From contig CAWAAF010000010.1 in NCBI GenBank assembly GCA_963779905.1, positions 343,423 through 407,422 on the forward strand: 64,000 nucleotides of DNA, written 5' to 3'. The translations under genes and the position numbers were made by a program. Within the stretch, counting starts at the first letter, position 1, and each line of letters starts with the position of its first letter. This stretch comes from an uncultured Chloroflexia bacterium. Its GTDB lineage: Bacteria > Chloroflexota > Limnocylindria > Limnocylindrales > CSP1-4. Shown one piece after another: positions 33,525-49,748 of this stretch. The notes beneath the pieces are model-generated. The model ran no database searches, had not been told where the DNA came from, and saw nothing but the letters and a program-made list of their open reading frames with translations.

Positions 33525-35281
33525 GTAGCCGGACCGAGCGCGTCATCGCCCTGGCCGCGTTGGGCGCACTGCTGGCCGCGGTTCGCAACTTCGGGCCGTT
33601 GCTCTGGCCTTACGGCCTGGGCCAGAACTGGTCGCTGCCGACGCAGGTCTGGTTCTTCGTCGTCGACCTCTTGTGGGTGGCGGCGATGTGCGTGACCTAC
33701 TGGCGCTGGCCGTCGGGCCGCATGTGGAAGCTCTTCCTGGCTTACCAGGCGATCGCAACGCTGCTGGTTATCTGGATCTTCCCGACCTCGCTGACGTGGG
33801 CCGTCAGCCAGACCCTGATCGGACTTGGCAGCGTCGTGTTCGTCCACCTGGTGCTGGCATTCCCGACCGGTCGGCTCACCGATCGATACGACCGCCTGCT
33901 GGTAATCGGCGGGTACGCCTTCATTGCCGTCACCCGGGTGGCCTGGCTGGTGTACGTGGGACCCGCCCTTCCACAAGGACGCCTTCACGCCGTCCAACCC
34001 GTTCGAGCTGTTTCCGGATCCAACGCTGAACTTTGCCGTCGGTCAACTGGCCATCGTGCTGGCCACGCCGGTGTTTCTGGCGGCCGTCGTCATCGGCCTG
34101 TGGCGGCACTGGCAGCGCGCCACGCCGGCCATGCGCCGTGCTCTGCTGCCGATCATGCTCGCCGCGCCTATCCAGCTCGGCCTGATCGTGGCCTGGCACA
34201 TCGCCGACGCCAGCCCGACCGAAGCCAGCACGATCCGGGCGCTCCTGCAGCATCCGGTCGCCGGGCTCGCCGGCGTGATCTTCCCGCTCAGCTTCCTGGT
34301 CGGACTCTTGCGCGCCCGGCTGGCGCGCGGCGGAGTTGCCGACCTGGCCGTCGAGTTGGGCAAGGGCGTGCCGCTTGGGCGGCCTGCGCGACACGCTGGC
34401 CCGGGCGCTGCACGATCCGACCCTGGTGCTCGCCTTCCCGGCGCCATCGGGCGATGGCTACGTCGATTCGCAGGGCCGAACGATCGAGTTGGCCCAGGGC
34501 GACCCGTGAGCGCGGAACGGCGCGACTCGAGCGTGACGGCGAGACGTTGGCAATCCTGTCCTACGACGCGGCCATCGAGCGGGAGGACCCGGGCCGGGTT
34601 GATGCCGTGGCGTCAGTGGCGCGGATGGCCCTCGAGAACGAGCGTCTGGCAGCGCAGGTCAGGGCTCAGTTGGAGGAGGTCCGCGCTTCGCGGGCACGCA
34701 TCGTGGAAGCGGGCGACGCCGAGCGACGGCGCATCGAGCGTGATCTGCATGACGGCGCCCAGCAGCGGTTGGTCGTGCTGGCCATGCGGCTCGATCAGGC
34801 GCGCGACCAATCGGCTGAGGCATCGGCATTGATCGACGCGACGCGCGCCGAGCTCTTGGGCGTCGTTCGCGAGGTGCGGGATCTGGCGCGTGGCCTGCAT
34901 CCGCCGCTCCTGACTGAGGCCGGGCTGGCCGCTGCTGTCGAGGCGCTCGCCGAGCGCACGCCTTTCCCGGTCAAGGTCGACATCACTGAGCAGCGCTTCC
35001 CGGAAGAGGTCGAGGTGGCGGCTTACTTCGTGATTGCCGAAGGCCTGACCAACGTCGCCAAATATGCCGGCGCGAGCGAGGCGCTCGTCGAAGCGAAGGC
35101 AGCCGACGGCCGGCTGGTCGTGCGCGTCACGGACAACGGTCGCGGCGGCGCCGATCCAAACCAGGGCTCCGGCCTGCGCGGACTGGCGGATCGGGTGGCC
35201 GCGATCGGCGGGCAGCTCAAGGTGACGAGCCAGCGCGGTCGCGGCACGACGCTCATGGCCGAGCTGCCGACGGGCGCGTAG
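33525..35281 (+). CDS. sensor histidine kinase (polytopic N-terminal sensor domain, HisKA_3 dimerisation domain, HATPase_c), 3 or more frameshifts
   Basis: Multi-TM N-terminus. '[26 protein letters not shown]' (HisKA_3 H-box). '[21 protein letters not shown]...[50 protein letters not shown]'. Confidence 0.75.
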
Positions 35282-35289
35282 CGGCGCGC

Positions 35290-36072
35290 GTCGGACTGAC
35301 AATTCGGGCACCAGTAGACACGACGGCCGCCGGCGCTGATCTGGCTCTTGATGGGAGTTCCGCAGCGGCGGCACGGACGGCCGGTCCGGACGTAGACGTA
35401 GAGCCGGCCGGGCGTTCCAGCTGCGGTGGTCACCCGCGCACCGCCGCCGCGGTTGGCGCGCAGGATCGCGGCTGAGCGCTCGAGCAACCGCGGCGCGTCC
35501 CCTCGTCGACATCAGCGACCGGCCGGAACGGGTCGACGCGTTCGATGAAGCAGACCTCGCTTCGAATGACGTTGCCGACGCCGGCCAGGATCTTCTGATC
35601 GAGCAGCGCGTCGCCGATCGGCATGGCCGCGCGCTCCGGCGCAGTCGAGCCGGCGCAGGGCTTCGTCGATATCGAAGTCGGCCGTCGAAGCGTCGGGGCC
35701 CAGGCGTGACAGGGCTGGGTGGATGGCGACGGCACGGGTGTCCATCAGCTCGACGGTCATGGGGTCGAAACAGACGGCAACGGTCGCCGGCGTCTCGACC
35801 ACCGCTCCGGCACGGGCCGGCGGTCGACGCCAGCGCTCGCCCGGCCGGTAGCGGTGCCACGAGCCGTGCAGCCCAAGGTGCGTGTGCAGGGTCAGGCCGT
35901 TGTCGAAGCCGATCAGCAGGTGCTTGCCGCGAGCTTCCACGTTGGCGACGCGGCTGCCCACCAGACGGCCGAACTGAGCGTTGGCCCTGCCGCGGGCGCC
36001 ACTGACGGTCTGGTTCAGCAGCGATCGGCGCAGGACATCTGAGATGCGCGCGAGATTGTCGCCTTCAGGCAC
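35290..36072 (-). CDS. nei: Fpg/Nei family DNA glycosylase (endonuclease VIII-like), 2 or more frameshifts; 3' end uncertain
   Basis: GTG start giving N-terminal '[10 protein letters not shown]' (catalytic Pro2). '[25 protein letters not shown]'. H2TH '[24 protein letters not shown]'. Zinc finger '[29 protein letters not shown]'. Segments sit in three frames. Confidence 0.7.
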
Positions 36073-36082
36073 GGCTACTAGG

Positions 36083-36445
36083 ATGACGCGCATGAAAGCC
36101 GTGTCCCTGATTCGTGCCGCGCTCGCTGCGTGTGCCGCTGTGGCCGCGTTGGCCACCCCCGCCCTGGCCCAGCCTGACAACTCGCAGACCCTTCACTTCA
36201 CCCTGTACTGCCAGGACGGCCATACATGGAATGCCAGCTTCAACGGCGGGCCGGTCGCGTTCCACCTCGACGGTGGCCAATTGTTCATCTGGAAAGAGAT
36301 CGACTATGTGACACCTGATCAGGTGTCCGGATCGATCCTTCGCGGCATCCAGGGCTTCTCCGCCGCGCCGACCGTTGTCTGCACGTACACCGGTGCCGTG
36401 AGCGGCAACGCCTACACGGTTACCGGCTTCTATCCACCGGCCGAC

Positions 36446-36448
<3 letters not shown>
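36083..36448 (+). CDS. small secreted protein of unknown function
   Basis: 'MTRMKAVSLIRAALAACAAVAALATPALAQPDNSQ' signal peptide. Cys-containing about 95-aa mature part. The stop shares a CTAG with the lhr stop. Confidence 0.5.
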
Positions 36449-41120
<4,672 letters not shown>

Positions 41121-41287
41121 GGGACGGCGAGTATAGAAGCGAGCGTGAGACCGCACCAAAGTGCAGCAGACCGCACCTAATGACCATTTAGTCCTAGGGC
41201 CAACGGTCAGATGGTTGGATTATCTCGGCGGCCTACCGGTTCGTACTGTCGCCTTCCGTCACCAGCCGGACATCGCGGCAGGAGAAC

Positions 41288-44271
41288 ATGCGCTCGAGTC
41301 GGACCCTCTCATTCGCGCTCGCCGCCCTTGGGGCCATCTCCCTCGTAGTGCCCGTCGTGGCCGCCCAAAGCACGGCCGCCCAGTCGTACATCGTCGTCTT
41401 CAAGGACGCCGCTGCTGACCGAGCCGACTCCAACCCGTCCCATCCGCGAATCGACGCGGACAAGGTGGCGCGACTGGTCGCGGCGATCGCCAGCCGCACC
41501 GGCGTGAACCCGGCCAACACCTTCAGCGCTGTCTTTGGTGGCTTTTCGGCCCGCCTCAATGCCAGGCAGCTGCAGGCGGTCGCAGTCGGATCCGTCGGTG
41601 GCCAATGTGATGGCCGACGTACCGGTGCACCTGCAATTCGATGAAGTCGGCGCGCGCATGACGGAGACCCAGGTCAGGCTGACCTCGCCGAAGGTGCCGG
41701 CCGGCATCAAGCGCGTCGGTGCCACCAACAACGGCATTGCTGACATCGACGGCAACGGCGGCAAGGTCAACGCCGACGTCGCCGTCATCGACACCGGCAT
41801 CCAGCGCGATCACCCCGATCTCAACGTCGTCGGCGGCTACAACTGCACGTCCGCCAACCGCGGCAAGTGGGATGACGGCAACGGCCACGGCACGCACGTC
41901 GCCGGCATCATCGGCGCATACGACAACGGCCGAGGCGTGGTCGGTGTGGCGCCGGGCGTCCGGTTGTGGTCGGTCAAGGTCCTCGACGACACCGGCGACG
42001 GCCTGATGTCGTGGATCGTGTGCGGCATCGACTGGATCACCTCGCAGCGCAGCGGCGACGGCTCGCGGCCTCTGATCGATGTGGCCAACATGAGCCTGCG
42101 CTCGACGCTGCCGCAGGGCGACGACCACAACTGTGGGCGGACCTACCGCGATCTGATGCACTCGGCCCTGTGCCGCTCGGTCGCTGCCGGAACAACGTAT
42201 GTAGTCGCTGCGGGCAACGATCGCGACGACGCGAGCCACTATCGGCCCGCCGCCTACGACGAAGCGATCACGGTCTCCGCCATGACCGACTACGACGGCG
42301 TGGCTGGTGGCAACGGCACGCGCCCGGCCGACTGCCTGGCCGGCTACCCGGACGACACCTTTGCCGGCTTTTCCAACTTCGGCGCCGACGTCGACCTGAC
42401 CGCGCCCGGCGTCTGCGTGCTGTCGACCTGGGCGGGCGGCATGTATGCCTATGCCAGCGGCACTTCGATGGCCGCACCGCACGTCGCCGGCGCGGCCGCG
42501 CTGTACATGGCGCAGTTCCCCGGAGCGGAGCCGGACCAGGTCAAGATGGCCCTCCAACACGTCGGTCGCACGGACTGGAAGCGCTCGACCGACCCCGATG
42601 GGCGGCCCGACCTGCTGCTGTGGGCCACTGGTTTTGACCGGCCGCCCGACTTCAGCGTCGCGGCCACTTCTCCAGCTGGCTACGCCGGCCCCAACGCCCA
42701 ACTCGCCGTGCCCGTGTCGCTGACGCGCCTGCGCGGCTTCTCCTCGACTATCACCGTATCGATGTCGGGCCTGCCCGCCGGCCTGAGCGCTGCGCCGGTC
42801 ACCACCGGCAATGACAAGGCCGTCCTGACCGTGACCGGCTCAGACAAGGTCCGCAACGGTAAGTACACGGCCACGGTCGTCGCCGAGGATGGCGGATTGC
42901 GCCACTCGACCACGGTCACCATTCGCGTCGACGGCATCGCGCCCACCGCGCCGACGTCCGTTACGCCAGGTGCCGGCTTCTGGTATTCGCCCGACGGCCA
43001 GGTAACCCTGCGCTGGAGCGGAAGCACAGACAGCGGCAGCGGCGCCTCGCAGAACGCCTACGTGCGGCGCCGCGTGGCGAGAGCCAGCTCGGGCAGCTGT
43101 GGCGACTTTTCCAACGATGGCGATTGGTCCCTGCTGCCGACCGGTTACTCCGAAGATGCCCTGCTCAGCGGCTACTGCTACCGCTGGCAGATGCGTGCCG
43201 CCGATAAGGCGGGCAACGCATCCGATCCTGTCTCGACCGGCAAGGTGCTGGTCGACACCAGCGACCCGAAGGTGACGATCAGTAAGCCCGCGCCCGGCAG
43301 CACGATTGTCAGGTCAAAGCCCAGCCAGAGCGTCGAGTGGAAGGTCACGGATGCGGGCGGGTCGACGCTTGGCGGAGTCTCTGTTCAGCGTCAGCGCGCG
43401 ACAAGCCATCAACGTGGCAGCTGCGCCGGAGCGACGTGGAAGAACGATGGACTGGCACGCAACCTGAGCTCACCTACGACCGAGAAGGGGCTGGTCGGCG
43501 GGTCGTGCTACCGCTGGATCATCACGGCCCACGACAAGGCCACCAACTACAGCAAGACGACGAGCGGCTCGGTGCTGATCTCGTCGTCGGCCACCTCGTC
43601 GACCGAAACGAGCGCCGGTGGCGCGAGCCCGTCGATGGGTAGCGTCACCCTCACCCCGAGCGCCGGTTCGACGCTGCCGTCGACCGAAATGGTCTGGCTC
43701 GATGCCCGTTGGACCGCCAGCAACGCCGCCGGTTACGAGTTGCGCCTCAGTTCCAGCGGCGGCGCGAGCTGGAGCACCTTCACGCACGCCGAACGGCAGC
43801 ACGCCGTTCATGGCGCTGCGCCTGCCGGCCGGGCGGGTTTACGAAGTCCAGGTCCGCGCGCGGAACAGCGCCGGCGCCTGGAGCGATTGGTCGTCCGCGA
43901 CGACTGTTTCGCTCAAGCTGGCGCAGGCAGAAGGTTCCGGCTTCGAGAAGGTCGGCGCCTGGAAGTCGGCAATGTCTCGGGCGCATCGGGCGGAGCGGTC
44001 GCCTACTCGACGAGCAGTGGCGCAATCCTGCGTTACTCCTTCACCGGCCGGTCCGTGGCGCTCGTGTCGACGCTTGGGTCCGGGCCGGGGAATGGCCGAC
44101 GTCTACGTCGATGGCCTGCGCGCGACAACGATCAACCTCTCGTCTTCGACGCTCACCACGCGCCAGGTCGTCTTCACCCGCAACTGGTCAAGCAGCGGCG
44201 CGCACGTCATTTCGCTGCAGCTGCGTTCGTCGGCGCGCGTCGACGTCGATGCGGTGGTCGTCCTGAACTAG
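41288..44271 (+). CDS. subtilisin-like S8 serine peptidase with signal peptide, I9 propeptide, catalytic domain and long C-terminal Ig/FN3-like repeat region; about 4 frameshifts
   Basis: Signal 'MRSSRTLSFALAALGAISLVVPVVAAQS'. I9 'YIVVFKD...FGGFSARLNARQLQA'. Catalytic triad motifs 'VAVIDTGI' (Asp), 'HGTHVAGII' (His), 'GTSMAAPHVAGAAALY' (Ser). About 500-aa C-terminal beta-rich repeats ending 'ADVYVDGLRATTINLSSSTLTTRQVVFTRNWSSSGAHVISL...VVVLN*'. Confidence 0.85.
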
Positions 44272-45066
44272 CCGGCGGCCTCCGCCAGGAAGTCGCCCAC
44301 GATCTGGTTGAACTCCGCCGGTCGCTCGAGATTGACCATGTGCGCAACGCCCTCGAAGACATGCTGCCGGGCGCCCGGCACTTCGGCGGCGATGCGTTCG
44401 CTCGCCGAGATGACACCGGCCGTGTCCAGCGTGCCCCACATGACGAGCGTCGGCACCTGGATCTCGCCTAGCCGGTCGGCGGCGGCAGGGATCAGCGGCT
44501 GGGCCTGCGAGGCAGGCTGCTCGGCGAGGTAGTTATCGAGGTTCCACTCGACCATGTGCCGTCGCACATCCGGATCGACGCGGGTGGTCGGCTGGCCTAC
44601 GCCATCGGTCCAGATCTGGGTCTCGCGCTCGACCAGCTGCTCCCAGTGCTTGCCCGTCTCGAGGCGGTCGATCTCTTCCCAGTCGATGCCGTCATCGGGC
44701 ATCTGGTGGCCGCCGAGTCCTGATGCAACGGCAACCAGGGCATTCACTCGATCCGGCTGCTCGAGGGTGAAGTCGGTCGCGATCGAACCCCCACGCGATA
44801 GGCCGACGACGGAGGCCTTCTCGACGTCCCAGGTGATCGAGCAGGCGGCGGACATCGTCGCGGTTGGAGTACGGCCGATCTTCGCAGGTGGTCTTGCCAA
44901 AGCCGCGCTGGTCGTAACGGATGACCGTGAATCGATCCCGCCAGGCCGCCACCTGTTCGTCCCACATGCGCAGGTGGGCCACGCCGGCGTGCACCAGCAG
45001 CACCGGCGGCCCGTCGCCGTCGACCTCGTAGTAGAGCCGGGCGCAGGGGACATCCAGGTAGCTCAA
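44268..45066 (-). CDS. alpha/beta-fold hydrolase, one frameshift near 44800
   Basis: 'PPVLLVHAGVAHLRMWDEQ...VIRYDQRGFGKT' then, in a second frame, 'VVGLSRGGSIATDFTLEQPDRVNALV' (GxSxG nucleophile elbow) and C-terminal 'VFEGVAHMVNLERPAEF' (His). Confidence 0.7.
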
Positions 45067-46210
45067 GCGCGCTCCTCCAGCAACCGCAGCGTAGCCGTCA
45101 AAGCGTCAGCCGCTGTCTTCTTATTTGCCTCAACCAGCTCCGACGGGTCGGCCCGGACGAAGTCGGGTGGGTCCAGAAAGAGCTGCGGCGGCTCCGAGCC
45201 GTCATATCGCTCCGCTTCGGCCGACCACTTCGCGCGCCAGCCCGCGTCGGTCTCTGCCGGCAGGTCGCGGTGCGCCTGCGCCAACCAGACCAGCGACCAC
45301 GAGCGCGGCACCACACGGTAAGCGTCATACCCTCCCCCGCCGGTGGCCAGCCAGCGGCCACCCGTCCATTGATGCGAGATCTCGTCGAGCAGGACCGTCG
45401 CGAAGCGGTAAGCATTGGTCGTCAGTCGCAGGTGGGCCAGCGGGTCGTAGGCGTGGCTGTCGCAGCCGTGCTGGCTGACCAGGAAGGTCGGCTCGAACGC
45501 TTCAGCCAGGGCGGGCAGCAGCTCGGCAACGATGGGTTGCCACGATGCGTCCCCGCTATAGGCATGCAGCGGCACATTGACCGCGCTGCCGTGGGCGTTG
45601 GTGCGCCACGCTCGTCGACGAAGCCCGATCCGGGGAACAGGGTGAGTCCACTTTCGTGGATGGAGACTGTCAGCACTTGGGCATCGCCCCAGAAAAGCGC
45701 CTGTGTGCCGTCGCCGTGGTGCACGTCGAGGTCGACGTAAAGGACCCGATGGCCGGCATCGCGCGCGCGAGCCACGCCGAGCGCAACGTCGTTGTAGATG
45801 CAGAAGCCGCTGGCTCGCGCCGCGGAAGCGTGGTGCAGCCCGCCGCCCGGATGGAATGCGTGCTCGACCTCGCCCGCCAGGATGCGATCGACGGCGTCGA
45901 TCGAGCCGCCGGCAACGGTCGCCGAGGCTTCGTGCATGCCTTCGAAGGGCGGGCAATCGCCCGGCCCGATGCCCATCGTCGGCGGCCGCCATGGATCGTG
46001 GGCAAAAGTCTTGACGACGTCGATGTACTCGGCCGTGTGCAGGCGGCGCAGCTCCGCGTCAGTGGCCTCGCGCGGCTCAATGAAGTTCTCCGCGCCCACC
46101 GAGCGCATCAGCTCGATCGAGGGACCAAAGCGGCGCGGCGTCAGCGGATGCTCGGGACCAAAGTCGTAGTCGAGGCTGTGCGGGCCGTAAACGACCAGCG
46201 GCTCAGTCAT
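45063..46210 (-). CDS. histone-deacetylase-family protein (acetoin-utilisation AcuC / acetylpolyamine amidohydrolase-like), one frameshift near 45610
   Basis: 'HAFHPGGGLHHASAARASGFCIYNDVALGV', 'VLYVDLDVHHGDGTQALFWGDAQVLTVSIH', then '...YSGDASWQ...' in a second frame. Confidence 0.8.
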
Positions 46211-46800
46211 CAGTCGCCGTCGTTGTCCGCCGTCTCCCAGCCACCGGAGCTGAGTGCCGCCTGCCAGGCTGCCGCCGCCTCCTCACCGCGATCCAGCGCG
46301 GCCGCGTAGCGCCCAACCAGCTCGGCGAAGGCGCCCTCGTCCTCTTCGGGCATCTCGAGAACGGTGGCGGTTGACGGCAAGTCGCTCGTCGCGTCGCGGC
46401 CGGGCGTAGTCACGACGACGAGTGACGCACCCTGGAAGGACGCGGCGTCCCGCGCCGCGCCGACCGCCGAGGGCTCGAGCGGTTCGGCAACCACCAGCAC
46501 CCGGAATTCGGTCAAATAGGCGAGGCCGAGCTCGACATCCTGACCGTCGAGCCGCGGCTGCGGTCCCGCCATCGTGCTGGGCCTGGGCGTCGGCGCCGAT
46601 GGATCCCGGAGCAGCGCGGCGTGGCCGATGCCGGCCTTGCCCAAAGCCACTGTCACGCGATCGCCGTCGGCATCGTCGCCGATGGCACCAACCACGTCAG
46701 CCGGGGCGCCCGCAGCCCGGGCGGCCAGCGCGATCAGCGCCGCCGGCCGGTCGAGCTGGTCATTTGCGTCGAGCCCGGGCCGCCCGACGACGACGATCAC
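46210..46800 (-). CDS. hypothetical protein (Ala/Asp-rich; no confident family assignment)
   Basis: Intact 196-aa ORF ('MIVVVGRPGLDANDQLDRPAALIALAARAAGAPADVVGAIGDDADGDRVTVALGKAGIGHAALL...') in operon-like position between the M16 peptidase pair and the HDAC gene. Coding periodicity is plausible but no motif was recognised. Confidence 0.35.
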   Translation of the reverse strand: MIVVVGRPGLDANDQLDRPAALIALAARAAGAPADVVGAIGDDADGDRVTVALGKAGIGHAALLRDPSAPTPRPSTMAGPQPRLDGQDVELGLAYLTEFRVLVVAEPLEPSAVGAARDAASFQGASLVVVTTPGRDATSDLPSTATVLEMPEEDEGAFAELVGRYAAALDRGEEAAAAWQAALSSGGWETADNDGD

Positions 46801-48315
46801 GACTCGGCGTCGGCCGCTACGACGGTCATCGGCGCGAGGTTCAACTCGCGCAGCGCGCCTTCGACCTTGGACGCGTCACCCACTACAACGACCGACATGT
46901 CCGACGGCCGGATGAGGCGGCGCGCGGCGTCGAGCATGTCCGCTGCCGAGACGGCGGCGACGGCCGGCCGGTAGCGATCGAGCTCGTCGTCCGGCAACTC
47001 GTGGATGACCAGGCCGGCCAGGGCGGCAGCGACCTGCGCCGGCACTTCGAAGCGCAGCGGGAACACGCCGACGAGGTAGTCGCGTGCCGATTCGAGCTCC
47101 CTCGGCTCCACCTCGGCCTCGCGCATGCCGATGACGATCTGCCAGATGTCGTTCAGCGCCGGTGCCGTCACATCCGTCTCGACGGCGGTGCGAATGACAA
47201 ACGGACCGGCGGAGCGGCGCATGTCGAACGCCGACCAGATCGAGTAGGCGTAGCCCTTCTCCTCGCGGATGATCCGATTCAGGCGCGAGTCGAAAACGCC
47301 ACCGAGGATCGCGTTGAGCACGGCCACCGTGTAGAAGTCGGGTGTCTTGCGTGGAATGCCGACGTGGCCGACACGGATCTCCGACTGCGCCGAGCCGGGC
47401 CGGTCGACCAGCACCAGCCGGCTGCCGGCCGAGTTTGAGCCGGAATGCGTGGGCGCGCGGCCGTTGGCGCCGCCCTGGCCGCGCCAGCCGCCGAGTTGCT
47501 CCTGCACGATGGCTGGAAGGTCCAGGCCCGACAGATCTCCGGCGACCATCAGCGTCGCCCGGGCGGGGTCGCTGGCCTGCCCATGGCGCTGCGCGACGGC
47601 GTCACGATCGAGGCGCTTGACCGACTCCTCGGAACCGCCGAGCGGCCGTCGATAGGGCGACTGCTCGTCGAAGATGACCTCAGGAAACACACGCTCGGCG
47701 CGCCGGCGCGGGTTGGCCTTGGCCTGCAGCAGGTCGTTCAGCCGCTCATCGCGCAGCCGCTCGATCTCGGACTCCGGGAATGCCGGCTCGCAGGATCATC
47801 TCGGCCAGCAGTGAGACCGCGTCGGCGAAGCGCGAGCGCGGCACCTCGAGCGTCGCGGTCAGCGCTTCCCACGAAGCGTCGGCGTGGAGTTCGGCACCCA
47901 GCCGCTCGGAGGCCTCGATAAAGGCCATGGCGTCGCGCTTGGTCGTGCCTTCGGTCAGCGCCCGGCCGGTCATCGTCGTTACACCGGACAGCTCTTCGGG
48001 CTCGGCCGCGCCGCCGCCGGCCATGACCAGGTTCGCCGCCAACAACGCGCGCCCCGGCATGTGCGCCGACAACACGGTCAGCCCGTTGTCCAGGCGGAAC
48101 CGTTCGAACTTGGGAAAGTGGTAGTCGCGCGGCTCGCCGGCCGATGGACGTGTGTCGAGATGTGAAAGGTCGGGCCCTTGGAATACCGTCGCCGAATCTG
48201 TTTCGTCAGGCAGCTCGGCGACGCCGGTGTCGACGGCGAGCGTATCGGTCATGAAGCCGGCTTCCGGAGATTCCTTCTCGTCGTCGGGTCGGGCGTCTTC
48301 GTGCTGGTCGGTCAT
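46797..48315 (-). CDS. M16 family peptidase, second (probably non-catalytic) subunit of a pitrilysin-like pair; one frameshift near 47740
   Basis: 'FRLDNGLTVLSAHMPGRALLAANLVMAGGGAAEPEELSGVTTMTGRALTEGT' (no HxxEH). C-terminal half 'FYTVAVLNAILGGVFDSRLNRIIREEKGYAYSIWSAFD...' in another frame. Confidence 0.7.
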
Positions 48316-49637
48316 GCCGCCTCCTCCTCCGACCCTTCCGACCCCTCTGACTCGTCGGGCACGTAGGTCAGCACGACGCGGTTATCGGCGCGGAAAACCT
48401 GTTTGGCGACGTCACGGATCTGTTCGGCGGTGACGGCCAGGTAGCGTGGCAGCTGCTTATTGATCATGTCCGCGTCGTCGAACAGCGCCTCGAACTGGGA
48501 CAGCCGGTCGGCGACTTCCTCGACGCGCGACAGCGCACCGAGTTCGCTCGCCTCGGTCAGGGCCCGCGCGCGTTGCAGCTCGTCCTCGCTGACCAGTTCG
48601 GTCGCCAGTAGCTCGAGCTCATGCAGGAAAGCCTTTTCGGCCGTCTCGGCATCGACTTCCGGTCGCACGGTGACCCAGCCGGCGAAGATGTTGCCGCCGC
48701 CAACCAGCGGCAGGCCGAAGGCGGCCACGTCCTGGGCAATGCGCATCTCGCGCACAAGCTTGCGGTGCAGCCGGCTGCCCTTGCCGCCGGCCAGTAGCTG
48801 GGTGGCCACCTCGAGCGCGTCGAACTCGTCGGTGCCGTAGAGCGGGCAGCGGAAGCCAAAGTGGACGCGCACCATCGGCACCTTGTCCGGGACAGTGATC
48901 CGGATTTCCTCGCCGATGATCTCGGGCACGACCTTGTCGACGATCGGCCGGATGGCCGGGTTGGCGGGTATCGGACCGAAGAAACGCTCCGCCGCCGCGA
49001 ACGCGGCTTCCTCGTCGACGTCGCCGACTATCGACAGCACGCAGTTGTTGGGCGCGTACCACTTGCGGAAGAACTCGACGACGTCGTCGAGCGTGGCCGC
49101 GTCCAGGTCCTCCATCGAACCAATGGGCGTCGTGTGATAGGGGTGGTCGGCCGGGAAGGTCGCCGCCATCAGCTTCTCGTAGAACGAGCCATAGGGCTGG
49201 TTGTCGTAGCTCTGCCGCTTCTCGTTCTTGACCACCTCGATCTGGTTGTCGAGGTTCTCCTGGTCAAGCGCGTCGAGCAGCGTCGCCATGCGGTCGGCCT
49301 CGAGCCAGAGGGCGAGGTCGAGCTGGTGCGACGGCAGCGTCTCGAAGTAGTTGGTGCGGTCGAAGAAGGTCGTGGCGTTGTTCACGCCGCCGGCCGCCTG
49401 GACCAGGCTGAAGTGTTCGGCCTTGGTGACGTGGCGCGAGCCCTGGAACATGAAGTGCTCGAAAAGGTGGGCAAAGCCGGTCCGGCCGGGCTGCTCATGG
49501 CGCGAGCCGACGATGTACCAGAGGTTGACGGCGACGACCGGCGCCAGATGGTCAGGCGCGACGATCACGCGCAGGCCGTTGGCCAAGGTGCGCTGACTGA
49601 AGTTGATCCGCGGCAGGTCCGTCGCGGGCGGCGTCAT
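48312..49637 (-). CDS. M16 family zinc metallopeptidase (pitrilysin-like, catalytic subunit)
   Basis: 'LANGLRVIVAPDHLAPVVAVNLWYIVGSRHEQPGRTGFAHLFEHFMFQGS' contains the inverted zincin motif HLFEH. Intact about 442 aa. An alternative upstream ATG at 49691 is possible. Confidence 0.85.
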   Translation of the reverse strand: MTPPATDLPRINFSQRTLANGLRVIVAPDHLAPVVAVNLWYIVGSRHEQPGRTGFAHLFEHFMFQGSRHVTKAEHFSLVQAAGGVNNATTFFDRTNYFETLPSHQLDLALWLEADRMATLLDALDQENLDNQIEVVKNEKRQSYDNQPYGSFYEKLMAATFPADHPYHTTPIGSMEDLDAATLDDVVEFFRKWYAPNNCVLSIVGDVDEEAAFAAAERFFGPIPANPAIRPIVDKVVPEIIGEEIRITVPDKVPMVRVHFGFRCPLYGTDEFDALEVATQLLAGGKGSRLHRKLVREMRIAQDVAAFGLPLVGGGNIFAGWVTVRPEVDAETAEKAFLHELELLATELVSEDELQRARALTEASELGALSRVEEVADRLSQFEALFDDADMINKQLPRYLAVTAEQIRDVAKQVFRADNRVVLTYVPDESEGSEGSEEEAA

Positions 49638-49705
49638 GGAAGGTGTGGGCTGGGGCACGTGGCGGATTGTGCCACCCGCAGCGCTTGACATGCAGCAAGT
49701 CAGCG

Positions 49706-49725
49706 TGTTAGAAATGTATCTAACA
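49706..49725. promoter_or_regulatory. perfect 7-6-7 inverted repeat TGTTAGA-aatgta-TCTAACA in the AT-richer divergent intergenic region between the M16 peptidase operon and the ArsR-type regulator gene; candidate operator
   Basis: Read directly. rc(TGTTAGA)=TCTAACA. The local AT content is far above the 70% GC background. Located about 25 bp upstream of the 49749 start. Confidence 0.45.
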
Positions 49726-49748
49726 GCAGTTAGGGAGAAGACACAGAA

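Noticed and set aside
30962-35281. 1,439-aa single open frame on the plus strand
   Set aside because: It is not one protein. The frame happens to stay open across the response-regulator gene (antisense), the small membrane protein, the PD40 protein, and parts of the histidine kinase. Recognisable protein segments appear only in pieces and alternate with other frames.
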